Assembly (NCBI GenBank): GCA_028715905.1 | Contig: JAQUQV010000004.1 | Coordinates: 16,664-80,663, forward strand | Origin: Kiritimatiellia bacterium | GTDB taxonomy: Bacteria; Verrucomicrobiota; Kiritimatiellia; JAAZAB01 | Length of the DNA stretch: 64,000 nt | Direction of reading: 5' to 3' | Shown: piece by piece, positions 27,756 through 36,781 of the stretch | Numbering within the stretch: the stretch's first letter is position 1 | Layout of the letters: every line of letters starts with the position of its first letter | The notes under the pieces: generated by a model | The model's input: only the letters and a program-made list of their open reading frames with translations | Database searches by the model: none | What the model was told of the DNA's origin: nothing | Translations under genes and position numbers: made by a program

Positions 27756-27966
27756 TTGTTATTTTCCTTGTCGTTTTACAGAATGGGCCGCGGTTGTTCG
27801 CCGCCGTGCGAATTGATAATAACTGCAAAAGCTAATTATTAAAATACAATCTGTCAAGATTTTTCCGCTTAATCATAAAATCAGGCACATTAAAAAATAT
27901 CGCTTTTTTTACGGCAGCAGTTATGATAAATCTTCATTTTGTTACGGTTGATTTGGCGGCTATAAA

Positions 27967-28536
27967 ATGAACCCGGCTTTTTCCAGAAATATTCTTATCC
28001 AGGCGGCCTTGCTGATGGGTTTCTGGCTGGCATTGAGCGGCATCATGGATGTCTTTCATGTTGCCATTGGCGCCGTGGCGGTGGCGCTGGTGATCGTGCT
28101 CAGCCGGCGGACGCGGAACCGCCCGTCCGCCGGGGAAGAGAAGGTTCCCGGCGTGCGTTTGAACTTATTTCGCTTCCTACTCTTTATTCCCTGGCTGGTA
28201 AAGGAGATTGTTGTCGCCAGTTTGCAGGTTGCTTATATTGTCCTGCATCCGCGCGTGCCGGCCGATCCCGTGCTCCTGCGGTTCAAGACACGCCTGCCCG
28301 GCGCGGGCGCGCGGGTCATCCTGGGCAATTCAATCACCTTGACCCCGGGCACCCTTACTTTGCGGATTTGGCAGGATGAATTTCTGGTGCATGCGCTTTC
28401 CCCCGTCAGTTTTGGAGGTATAGTGAACGGAACATTGCCACGGCAGGTGGCCCGGCTCTATTCGCCGGCGGGACCGCAAAGCCCGGCCGGCCCGGTTTAT
28501 GATCTGGTAGTTATCAAATCAAAAAAGGAGTTGTAA
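27967..28536 (+). CDS. Na+/H+ antiporter subunit MrpE-like (MbhA-like).
   Basis: 189 aa with 2 N-terminal TM helices. It is first in the order E-F-G-B-C-D. Confidence 0.6.
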   Translation: MNPAFSRNILIQAALLMGFWLALSGIMDVFHVAIGAVAVALVIVLSRRTRNRPSAGEEKVPGVRLNLFRFLLFIPWLVKEIVVASLQVAYIVLHPRVPADPVLLRFKTRLPGAGARVILGNSITLTPGTLTLRIWQDEFLVHALSPVSFGGIVNGTLPRQVARLYSPAGPQSPAGPVYDLVVIKSKKEL

Positions 28537-28808
28537 TGGCAACCCCGTTTACCATTATGGCGGTAATTCTTACCGTCATCATTTTTATTCCGCTCTACCG
28601 GGTGGTGAAAGGGCCGACCCTCTGGGACCGCATGCTCGGGGCCGGCGCGATCGGGTCCAAAACCATGGTTCTGATCTGCATCATCGGGGTTCTTTACGAT
28701 CGGATGGACATGTTTGTTGATATTGCCCTGGCCTATGCCGCTTTGAATTTCATCAGTGTAATCGCCATTGCGCGTTATTTGAATACCGCGAGGCCCAAAA
28801 ATGGCTGA
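28536..28808 (+). CDS. MrpF-like subunit (MbhB-like).
   Basis: 90 aa with 3 TM helices. MrpF-like segment LWDRMLGAGAIGSKTMVLICIIG. Confidence 0.6.
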   Translation: MATPFTIMAVILTVIIFIPLYRVVKGPTLWDRMLGAGAIGSKTMVLICIIGVLYDRMDMFVDIALAYAALNFISVIAIARYLNTARPKNG

Positions 28809-29133
28809 TATTCAGGATATTATCGCGGTGATCATGGTCAGCGCCGGCGCGTTTTTCATGCTGATCGGCGGAATCGGCATCATCCGTTTGCCGGACTTTT
28901 TTGCGCGCACCCATGCCATCGGAAAAAACGATACCTTGGGAATCATGCTTATACTGGGCGGGTTGGCGGTGCATGTTGGTTTCTCTTTGATCAGCGTCAA
29001 GCTGGTTATTGCCCTGCTCTTTGTGGGGCTTACCAATCCCACCGCTTCCCATGCCCTGGCCCAGTCGGCCATTGTGTCCGGCCTGAAGCCATGGTTCCGC
29101 GGGGATGAGCCGGATTCCGGGGGGGAGGCATAA
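28801..29133 (+). CDS. MrpG-like subunit (MbhC-like).
   Basis: 110 aa. The segment FMLIGGIGIIRLPDFFARTHAIGKNDTLGI matches the MrpG/MnhG conserved region. Confidence 0.65.
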   Translation: MADIQDIIAVIMVSAGAFFMLIGGIGIIRLPDFFARTHAIGKNDTLGIMLILGGLAVHVGFSLISVKLVIALLFVGLTNPTASHALAQSAIVSGLKPWFRGDEPDSGGEA

Positions 29134-29134
29134 A

Positions 29135-29380
29135 ATGCACTGGGAACTGGAAATCACGCTCTTTGTCTTCCTGATTGTTACCGCCGTCATCGCGCTTTCC
29201 GTCCGGGATCTGCTGACTTCGGTGGTGATCTTGAGCGTCTACAGTTTTCTGGCCGCGCTGATTTTTGTTTCAATCGGAGCGATTGACGTGGCCTTTACCG
29301 AGGCGGTCGTGGGCGCCGGCATTGTCGGCGTCTTCCTCGTCATAGCCATTTTTAAAACCACCCGGAGGTGCCAGGATTGA
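29135..29380 (+). CDS. DUF4040 (MrpB N-terminal domain) small subunit (MbhE-like).
   Basis: AIDVAFTEAVVGAGIVGVFLV matches the DUF4040 signature. Start at internal ATG 29135. Confidence 0.6.
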   Translation: MHWELEITLFVFLIVTAVIALSVRDLLTSVVILSVYSFLAALIFVSIGAIDVAFTEAVVGAGIVGVFLVIAIFKTTRRCQD

Positions 29381-29691
29381 AATGGATTAATTTTTTACTG
29401 CTGGCTGCGTTTCTCGGGCTGATGCTCTATGCCGCCGCCGGTCTGCCCGGCCGCGCCGATCTGAACGCGCCTTTCAACCGTGATTTCAGTCCGGCCGGCA
29501 CGCCGAACGCCGCCAATTATTATATTCATAATGCGTATAAAGACGCCCATACTCCCAATATCGTGACCGTGGTGCTGGCGGATTATCGCGGTTACGATAC
29601 CCTGGGGGAAGAGACCGTGATTTTGACCGCCGGCCTGATCTGTTTTCTGATTCTGTTCCGGCCGGAGAAGAAAAACCATGCGACAGTCTGA
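29368..29691 (+). CDS. MnhB-domain small subunit (MbhD-like).
   Basis: VTVVLADYRGYDTLGEETVILTAGLICFLIL matches the MnhB domain. Confidence 0.6.
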   Translation: MPGLKWINFLLLAAFLGLMLYAAAGLPGRADLNAPFNRDFSPAGTPNAANYYIHNAYKDAHTPNIVTVVLADYRGYDTLGEETVILTAGLICFLILFRPEKKNHATV

Positions 29692-30118
29692 AAATGATCC
29701 CATTACCCTGCTGGTGAGCCGTTTATTGACTCCTTTTATCATGCTTTTCGGGATTTATGTGATCTTTCATGGCCATTACAGTCCCGGCGGCGGTTTTCAG
29801 GGCGGCGCTATGCTGGCCGCCGCCTTGATTCTAACGCGGCTGACTTCCGGCATCAGGAACGCTCAACCGCAGTTTCAATCATCCCGCGCCATCCCTTTGG
29901 GGGCGTTGGGAGTGTTGATTTTTTTCGGGACCGGGCTGACGGCCATGCTGGCCGGCGGCGATTTTCTGGACTACAAATTTCTACCGCTGGCCGGATACGG
30001 CGCGGCCGTGCTGCGTTCTTACGGTATTCTTATCATTGAAATCGGCGTGGGATTGGCGGTCATGGCGATTCTGGTTGGAATTTGTGATAATCTTCTGGAG
30101 GACACGGACAATGCTTGA
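29678..30118 (+). CDS. MrpB core subunit (MbhF-like).
   Basis: HGHYSPGGGFQGGAML is the conserved MrpB motif. Confidence 0.7.
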   Translation: MRQSENDPITLLVSRLLTPFIMLFGIYVIFHGHYSPGGGFQGGAMLAAALILTRLTSGIRNAQPQFQSSRAIPLGALGVLIFFGTGLTAMLAGGDFLDYKFLPLAGYGAAVLRSYGILIIEIGVGLAVMAILVGICDNLLEDTDNA

Positions 30119-30479
30119 TTTTTTGCTTGGCCATTATGCCTATTGGTTTATCCTGGCGCTTTTGACCATCGGACTCTATGGGATGATTATGAAAAGAAAC
30201 CTGGTCAAAAAACTGGTCGGCATGACCATCCTGCAGTCGGCCATCATCCTTTTCTGGGTGGTCATCGCCTCAAAGTGGAATGCCACGGTGCCGGTCATAG
30301 TTCCCGAAATACCCTGCTCACAGGCGGCCAATTATATCAATCCTCTGCCCCATACCCTTATGCTGACCGCCATCGTGGTCGGGGTGGCCACCCTGGGAGT
30401 GGCGCTGGCCCTGCTGATTATTATCTATCGCAATTATAAAACTCTTGAAGAAAATGTCTTAATTGACAGGATGAAATGA
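30111..30479 (+). CDS. MrpC/NuoK-like subunit.
   Basis: Start at ATG 30111 (MLDFLLGHYAYWFILALL...). 3 TM helices. GMTILQSAIILFWV has the conserved acidic/polar positions. Confidence 0.65.
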   Translation: MLDFLLGHYAYWFILALLTIGLYGMIMKRNLVKKLVGMTILQSAIILFWVVIASKWNATVPVIVPEIPCSQAANYINPLPHTLMLTAIVVGVATLGVALALLIIIYRNYKTLEENVLIDRMK

Positions 30480-31981
30480 CTCTCCCGAATTCGCCGGCTT
30501 TGATCCCGGTTATTTATCTGGCCGCTTCTCTGTTTATCGCCCTTGCGGGCATGCGCCGCAAAAGGACGGCTTATCCGCTGGCGCTTTTCGCCGCCGCCGC
30601 GGCTTGTTCGGTCGCCATATTTAATATTCCCCTGGCGCTGTGCGCCGGAGCGGTCCATTACTGTTTTGGCGGATGGCCTCCGCCCATCGGGATTGAATAT
30701 GTCCTGGATCCCCTCTCGGCCTTTGTAACCGCCGTGATGGCTTTGATTTCTCTGGCCGTCCTGATTCATTCCCGCCGTTCCGTGCCGCTTGAGCTGGCCG
30801 GAAAAGAGGCCCCTTACTACACCGTCCTGATGCTTTTATTGTGCGGATTCAACGGCATTGTGCTGACGGGAGACTTTTTTAATCTCTATGTCTTTCTGGA
30901 AATCGCTTCGCTGGCGGGATACGGCCTGGTTGGCCTGGGCGAAAAGCGGTCGCCGGTGGCCGCTTTCCGGTACCTGATCATGGGCACCCTGGGCGCTTCT
31001 TTTTACCTGATGGGGCTTGCCTTTCTCTATCTGGCCACTGGCTCCCTGAACATGGCGGATGTTGCGCGCATTCTTCCCCATGTTTCCGGCGCCCCGGTTT
31101 TATTCACAGCCGTCTCTCTGATGACCATCGGCCTGGGCATTAAAATGGCGGTCTTTCCCCTGCACGGCTGGCTGCCGGACGCCTATACCTATGCGCCTTC
31201 CACCTCCGTGGCCATTCTGGCGCCTCTTGGAACCAAAATCGCCGCCTATGCCATTATCCGCGTGTTGTTTTATATTTTCGGTGTCCAGTATGTGAGCCGT
31301 GATTTTCCCGTCACAACCGTGATCGGCTGGCTTTCCGCATTTGGAATCATTTACGGCTCAATAATGGCCATGACCCAGACGGAATTGAAGCGCATGCTGG
31401 CTTACAGCAGTGTGGCGCAGATCGGTTATATCGGCATGGGGATTGGCCTTGCCTCGCCCCTGGGATTGATCGGGGCGGTCCTGCATGTGCTCAATCACGC
31501 GTTCATGAAAGCCTGCCTGTTCCTGGTGGCCGGCAATCTCCGCGCCCGGGCCGGACATACCCTGATCTCCGCCTTGAACGAATCATACCGCAGGAAAATG
31601 CCCTGGACTTTCGCGGCCTTTACGGTCGCGGCCCTTTCCATGATCGGCGTCCCGCCCCTGGCCGGTTTTTTCAGCAAGTGGTACCTGGCCCTGGCCGCCA
31701 TTGACGCAAACAACTGGATTTTCCTGGCGGTTATTCTGCTCAGCAGTCTCTTGAACGCAGTCTATTTTTTCAACATACTGGAGCGGGTCTATCTCCGGCC
31801 TTCCGGCGCCTCCGTTCCGGAAGCGCGATCCGGGGCGGAGCTTGCCGGGCCGCAAAGTGAAGCCTCGCCTTCATTGCTGGCGCCAACCCTGGCGCTGGCG
31901 CTCGGCATCCTGGCATTGGGATTGTTCAATGCTGTGATAGTTAAAAAACTGATTCTGCCGATGCTCCCCGCGGGCATGTGA
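30476..31981 (+). CDS. MrpD/NuoM-like antiporter subunit.
   Basis: Motifs WLPDAYTYAPSTSVAILAPLGTKIAAY and LAYSSVAQIGYIGMG. Confidence 0.75.
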   Translation: MTLPNSPALIPVIYLAASLFIALAGMRRKRTAYPLALFAAAAACSVAIFNIPLALCAGAVHYCFGGWPPPIGIEYVLDPLSAFVTAVMALISLAVLIHSRRSVPLELAGKEAPYYTVLMLLLCGFNGIVLTGDFFNLYVFLEIASLAGYGLVGLGEKRSPVAAFRYLIMGTLGASFYLMGLAFLYLATGSLNMADVARILPHVSGAPVLFTAVSLMTIGLGIKMAVFPLHGWLPDAYTYAPSTSVAILAPLGTKIAAYAIIRVLFYIFGVQYVSRDFPVTTVIGWLSAFGIIYGSIMAMTQTELKRMLAYSSVAQIGYIGMGIGLASPLGLIGAVLHVLNHAFMKACLFLVAGNLRARAGHTLISALNESYRRKMPWTFAAFTVAALSMIGVPPLAGFFSKWYLALAAIDANNWIFLAVILLSSLLNAVYFFNILERVYLRPSGASVPEARSGAELAGPQSEASPSLLAPTLALALGILALGLFNAVIVKKLILPMLPAGM

Positions 31982-32096
31982 GAATTTCGGGGGTATCCTG
32001 CCGTCTTCCGGCTGATTCCGGGTTTGACGTTGGGTTGTCAGGCTGAAAGTCGTTCCGGCAAACCGCGGCACAACCAAGTCAAATGCCCGGCCGGGG

Positions 32097-34880
32097 CTAT
32101 GCCGGCCGCCGCCGCGCGCCAAGCCGCTTTTTGATTTCAATTGCCGTGAAGATAATCAACCCGATGGCGGTAATTTTTATCCAGGCCGGCCCGCTGATCG
32201 GCGCGCTGTGAAACAACTTGTTCATGAAAGGCGCATAGGTGAAGAGCAGTTGCGCCGCGAGCATGGTCGCTATGCCGCCCGCGATCCACATGTTGGAAAA
32301 GAAGCCCAGCGAGAAAAACGAGCGCGTGAGCGAACGGCAGTTCAAGAGGTAGAATGTTTCCACGATAACGATCGTATTAACCACCGCGGTCCGGGCCTCG
32401 GGCAGGGTTGTGCCCTGGTTCTTTTCCATGAGGAAGACCGCAAATCCGCCCGCGACCATGAAAATTGAGACGAGCGCTATCCGCAGGATTAACAGCGGAG
32501 TCAGAATCGGCTGGCCGGGATCGCGCGGCGGCCGCGACATAAGGCTCTGTTCCTTGGGCTCAAAAACCAGCATCAGGCCCAGCAGCAGGGCGGTGCTCAT
32601 GTTGATCCACAAGAGCTGGACCGGCAGGACCGGCAGGGCCGTGCCGAGAAGAATCGCGGCCAGGATGAGCAGTCCCTCGCCGCCGTTGGTCGGCATGGTC
32701 CAGGTGATGAACTTGGTAAGATTGTCAAATACATTCCGTCCTTCCTCCACCGCCGCCTCAATTGAGGCAAAGTTGTCGTCGGCCAGAATCATGTCCGCCG
32801 CGCCCTTGGCCACATCCGTGCCGGTGATTCCCATGGCCACGCCTATATCGGCCTGCTTGAGAGCGGGGGCGTCGTTCACGCCGTCGCCGGTCATGGCCAC
32901 GATGTGGCCGCGGCTTTGCAGGGCGCGCACGAGGCGCAGTTTTTGCTCGGGCGCGACACGCGCAAATATGGCCGCGCGTTCGGCGGTTTCCGCCAGTTGA
33001 TCGTCGGGGATTTGCTCCAGTTCGCCGCCGGTTACGGCCTCCGCTTGTCCGGTGCTGCCTTTTCCGCCGTGCAGGCCGAGTTGCCGGCCGATGGCGCTGG
33101 CCGTGCCCTTGTGGTCTCCGGTGATCATCTTTACTTCAATTCCGGCGCTTTGACATTGCGCTACCGCGCGGATGGCTTCCGTGCGCGGCGGATCAATCAT
33201 GCCCTGCAGTCCCAGCAGGGTGAGGCCGCCCGCCACGTCTTCATGCGCGAGCTTTGCGTGGTCCGCCGGGACGCGGCGGCGCGCGAAGGCCAGCACGCGC
33301 AGTCCCTGCGCCGTCATTTCTTCAACGGCGCGATTGGCCGCGCCGGCATCAAGCGGGATTTCGTTTCCGGCGCCGTCAAGGACTTTGGCGCAGCGGGCCA
33401 GCAAACGTTCCAGCGATCCTTTCTTGTAGATCGTGCGGCCGCCGCCGTCGCGGTGCAGGGTGGCCATGAACATGTGCTCGGACTCAAAAGGGATCACATC
33501 CACGCGCGGGAGGCGCGCGGCGGTTTCCTGAGGGTCAAATCCGGCTTTTTGCGCGGCCACGATAAGCGCGGCTTCGGTGGGATCGCCTTCCACCTTTAGC
33601 CGGCTTTCGTGGCGCGCGAGCTGGGAATCATTGCAAAGTAAACCGGCGAGCAGGCATTCATTCAGCGCCGGGCTTGTTTTCAAATCCGCATGCCGGCCGC
33701 CGCTCATTATTTCACCGGCTGGTTCGTAGCCGCCGCCGGTAACTTCAAACACCTCCCCGCCGGCCCAGATGCGGCTGACGGTCATTTGATTTTCAGTGAG
33801 CGTGCCGGTTTTATCCGAGCAGATAACGGTTGTGCTGCCGAGCGTTTCCACGGCGGGCATCTTGCGGATAATGGCGCGGCGCTTGGCCATGCGGGCGACG
33901 CCGATGGCCAACGTGATGGTTACGGCCGCCGGCAGACCCTCGGGAATCGCGCCGACCGCGAGCGCCACCGCCGCCATAAACATATCCGCCACTGACTCGC
34001 CGCGCAGTAATCCCACCACAAAAGTCAGCGCTGCCAGGCCAAGGATCACATAGAGCAGAAGCCGGCTGAATTCGGCGATCTTGCGCGTGAGCGGCGTGGA
34101 CAGGTCCACCGCCCCGGAAATCATCGTGGCAATGCGGCCCATCTCGGTCCGGTTGCCGGTGGCGACGACCACGCCTTCGGCCTGGCCGTAAGTGACGAGC
34201 GTGCCGGCGAATCCGTAATTTCTGCGGTCGCCCAGCACGGTATCGGCGGGCAGCAACTGGACGTTTTTCTGCGCCGGCACGGACTCGCCGGTGAGCGCGG
34301 CTTCCTCCACCTGGAGACTGCGGACCGCGAACAGGCGCAAGTCAGCGGGCACGCTGTCGCCGGATTGCAGCAGGACGATATCGCCCGGCACCAGTTCGGC
34401 CGAGGGAACGCGCTGTTTGCGGCCCGCGCGTCGCACGGTTGCTTCGGTGCGGACCATTTTGGCCAGCGCCTCAATGGCCCGTTCGGCTTTGAATTCCTGA
34501 ATGAACCCGACGATGGCGTTAACAATGACCACGCCGAAAATGACGGCCGCATCCACCCACTCGCCCATCGCGGCGGAAACGGCGGCGGCGGCGAGCAGGA
34601 TGTAGACGAGCGCCTGATTGAACTGCTGAATGAATTTCAGCCAGGCCGGAGTGCCGCGCCGCGCGGTCATCTGGTTCAGGCCGTACTCGGCCCGGCGGCG
34701 TTGCGTTTCTTCGGCGGAAAGGCCCTCTTGAAAATTTACCTCCAACCGCCGGGCGGCTTCTTCCGCCGGCAGTTGGTGCCATCGGGTTTCATGTAAAGGG
34801 GGTGTGATCATATGCTGAAATCTTCCATTTGAATTTATATTCCGGACTTTTAACAACTCAAGCGCGGGAAAGCAAACCAA
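32097..34880 (-). CDS. P-type cation-transporting ATPase, type II (Ca2+/Na+ pump-like).
   Basis: Motifs DKTGTLT (ICSDKTGTLTENQMTV), PEGLPAAVT and TGDGVNDAPALK, with 10 TM helices. The probable true start is the internal MITPPLHETRW at about 34808. Confidence 0.8.
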   Translation of the reverse strand: MVCFPALELLKVRNINSNGRFQHMITPPLHETRWHQLPAEEAARRLEVNFQEGLSAEETQRRRAEYGLNQMTARRGTPAWLKFIQQFNQALVYILLAAAAVSAAMGEWVDAAVIFGVVIVNAIVGFIQEFKAERAIEALAKMVRTEATVRRAGRKQRVPSAELVPGDIVLLQSGDSVPADLRLFAVRSLQVEEAALTGESVPAQKNVQLLPADTVLGDRRNYGFAGTLVTYGQAEGVVVATGNRTEMGRIATMISGAVDLSTPLTRKIAEFSRLLLYVILGLAALTFVVGLLRGESVADMFMAAVALAVGAIPEGLPAAVTITLAIGVARMAKRRAIIRKMPAVETLGSTTVICSDKTGTLTENQMTVSRIWAGGEVFEVTGGGYEPAGEIMSGGRHADLKTSPALNECLLAGLLCNDSQLARHESRLKVEGDPTEAALIVAAQKAGFDPQETAARLPRVDVIPFESEHMFMATLHRDGGGRTIYKKGSLERLLARCAKVLDGAGNEIPLDAGAANRAVEEMTAQGLRVLAFARRRVPADHAKLAHEDVAGGLTLLGLQGMIDPPRTEAIRAVAQCQSAGIEVKMITGDHKGTASAIGRQLGLHGGKGSTGQAEAVTGGELEQIPDDQLAETAERAAIFARVAPEQKLRLVRALQSRGHIVAMTGDGVNDAPALKQADIGVAMGITGTDVAKGAADMILADDNFASIEAAVEEGRNVFDNLTKFITWTMPTNGGEGLLILAAILLGTALPVLPVQLLWINMSTALLLGLMLVFEPKEQSLMSRPPRDPGQPILTPLLILRIALVSIFMVAGGFAVFLMEKNQGTTLPEARTAVVNTIVIVETFYLLNCRSLTRSFFSLGFFSNMWIAGGIATMLAAQLLFTYAPFMNKLFHSAPISGPAWIKITAIGLIIFTAIEIKKRLGARRRPA

Positions 34881-34912
34881 AAAAGACGGCCGAATTACAG
34901 GCTTCTCTAAAT

Positions 34913-34938
34913 CGGATGTTTGTGCTACAAAACATCCG
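34913..34938. promoter_or_regulatory. Palindrome CGGATGTTT-N8-AAACATCCG in the divergent promoter region between the P-type ATPase and the mrpA-like gene.
   Basis: 9-bp perfect inverted arms with an 8-nt spacer, read directly from the sequence. Confidence 0.4.
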
Positions 34939-35027
34939 CGTTATTATTTACGGCCAAACTCCGGCAGCAGCATAAAAAGCGCGCAATTCAGCAGCCGGAA
35001 TGCGGGGCAAAATTAAGCGAAAGTTTT

Positions 35028-36560
35028 ATGAGCATGGATACAGTCTATACATCTTTTGTGCCGCTCTGCGCCGTGCTGGTTTCTTTGCTGGCGGTCCCCT
35101 TGATTCTTTTCAGTTCGCGTCATCCCAACCTGCGGGAGTTCTGGACAATCCTGGCCGGCCTGATAAAATTCGGTCTGGTTCTTTCGCTTGTTCCGGGCGT
35201 TCTGGAAGGACGCATGGCGGTCTTTCGTCTCATGGAAATCTCGCCCGGCATTGAGCTGGCCCTCAAAGCCGATGCCTTCGGCGTATTTTTTGCGATAATC
35301 TCTTCCGGCCTGTGGATTCTGACTTCCTTTTATTCCATCGGATATATGCGGGGCCTGGCCGAGCACAAGCAGACCCGCTATTTTTCCTGTTTCACGGTGT
35401 GTCTTTCGGCCACGATCGGCATTGCCTTTGCGGCCAACCTGCTGACCTTCGTGGTCTTTTACGAAATCCTGACCGTTGCCGCCTATCCGCTGGTCATTCA
35501 CAAGGAGACCAGGGAAGCCGTTCTGGCCGGTAGAAAATACCTGCTTTACACCCTTACGGCCGGCGTGCTCTTGATCGCCGCCACGGCCTGGACCTATCAA
35601 ATCAACGGCAGCCTGGATTTCAAACCGGGCGGCATGTTCACGGATATTTCATTTTCTTCCGGCACGCTCACGGCATTGTTCTTCCTGTTCCTGGGCGGAG
35701 TGGGGGTCAAGGCCGCCATTATGCCTCTCCACAGCTGGCTGCCGACCGCCATGGCGGCGCCCACGCCGGTCAGCGCCCTTTTGCATGCGGTGGCGGTGGT
35801 GAAAGCCGGCGTATTCGGAATTGTCCGCGTGGCGGGATTCGTTTTCGGCCCGGAACTGATGCGGGCATTCGGATTAAACACAATCCTGGCGGTGTTCGCG
35901 GGCGCCACCATTATTCTGGCCTCTTTGCTGGCATTCAAGCAGGATAATTTGAAGCGGCGGCTGGCTTACTCCACCATTGCGCATTTATCCTATGTGGCGC
36001 TCGGAACGGCCTTGTTATCCCCGGCGGCATTTGCGGGCGGGATCATGCACATCGCCAGCCATGCCGTTATGAAAATCACGCTCTTTTTCTGCGCCGGTGC
36101 CATTTATGTGACTTTGCGCAGGGAAAATGTCAGCGAATTGGACGGGGCCGGCAAAATCATGCCTTTGACTTTTCTGGCCTTTGCCGCGGTGGCCGCCGGG
36201 CTGGCCGGCATTCCGCCGCTGAACGGGTTTGTCAGCAAGTGGTATCTCGGGCTCGGCTCTCTGCAGGCGGGGACATGGATCCCGCTTGCCATCCTGATAA
36301 TCAGCGGACTGCTCAACATCGGTTATTTATTTCCGGTTGTGTATCGCGCCTTTTGCAAACCGGCCGCGGAATCGTTTCGCCGGCCCGGCGGCGCTGAAAA
36401 CCTGCGCGGAAAATGGGAGGCTTCGCCGGCCATGCTGGTCCCGCTTCTCATCACCGCCTTGTTTTCCATTTTGCTCGGCCTGAATCCCGACTTGTTTTTC
36501 CATTTTTACCGCCTGGCCGTCCAAATCAGCGCCGGCGTGCTGGGGGGAGGGGGACTATGA
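35028..36560 (+). CDS. MrpA/NuoL-like antiporter subunit.
   Basis: Motifs WLPTAMAAPTPVSALLHAVAVVKAGVFG and LAYSTIAHLSYVALG. Start at internal ATG 35028. Confidence 0.7.
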   Translation: MSMDTVYTSFVPLCAVLVSLLAVPLILFSSRHPNLREFWTILAGLIKFGLVLSLVPGVLEGRMAVFRLMEISPGIELALKADAFGVFFAIISSGLWILTSFYSIGYMRGLAEHKQTRYFSCFTVCLSATIGIAFAANLLTFVVFYEILTVAAYPLVIHKETREAVLAGRKYLLYTLTAGVLLIAATAWTYQINGSLDFKPGGMFTDISFSSGTLTALFFLFLGGVGVKAAIMPLHSWLPTAMAAPTPVSALLHAVAVVKAGVFGIVRVAGFVFGPELMRAFGLNTILAVFAGATIILASLLAFKQDNLKRRLAYSTIAHLSYVALGTALLSPAAFAGGIMHIASHAVMKITLFFCAGAIYVTLRRENVSELDGAGKIMPLTFLAFAAVAAGLAGIPPLNGFVSKWYLGLGSLQAGTWIPLAILIISGLLNIGYLFPVVYRAFCKPAAESFRRPGGAENLRGKWEASPAMLVPLLITALFSILLGLNPDLFFHFYRLAVQISAGVLGGGGL

Positions 36561-36781
36561 ACACATGGCGCTGGATTATGCTGGGCATAATAGCCCTTCT
36601 TTCTGTTTTTGTTGCGGCGTCCCTGCCGGGCGAGCCGGCGCATGGTTACTGGTGGGACCGTATTCCGGCGTTCTATATTTTTTACGGCTTCGCCGGATGC
36701 GTCCTGATCATCGTGTTTGCAAAAACGCTTGGCAAACTGTTCCTGCAGAGAAAAGAGGATTACTACGATGATGTTGACTGA
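36557..36781 (+). CDS. Small membrane protein (74 aa, 2 TM), translationally coupled between two mrpA-like genes.
   Basis: MNTWRWIMLGIIALLSVFVAA...FYIFYGFAGCVLIIVFA. A G-rich RBS precedes ATG 36557, which overlaps the upstream stop. Confidence 0.4.
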   Translation: MNTWRWIMLGIIALLSVFVAASLPGEPAHGYWWDRIPAFYIFYGFAGCVLIIVFAKTLGKLFLQRKEDYYDDVD

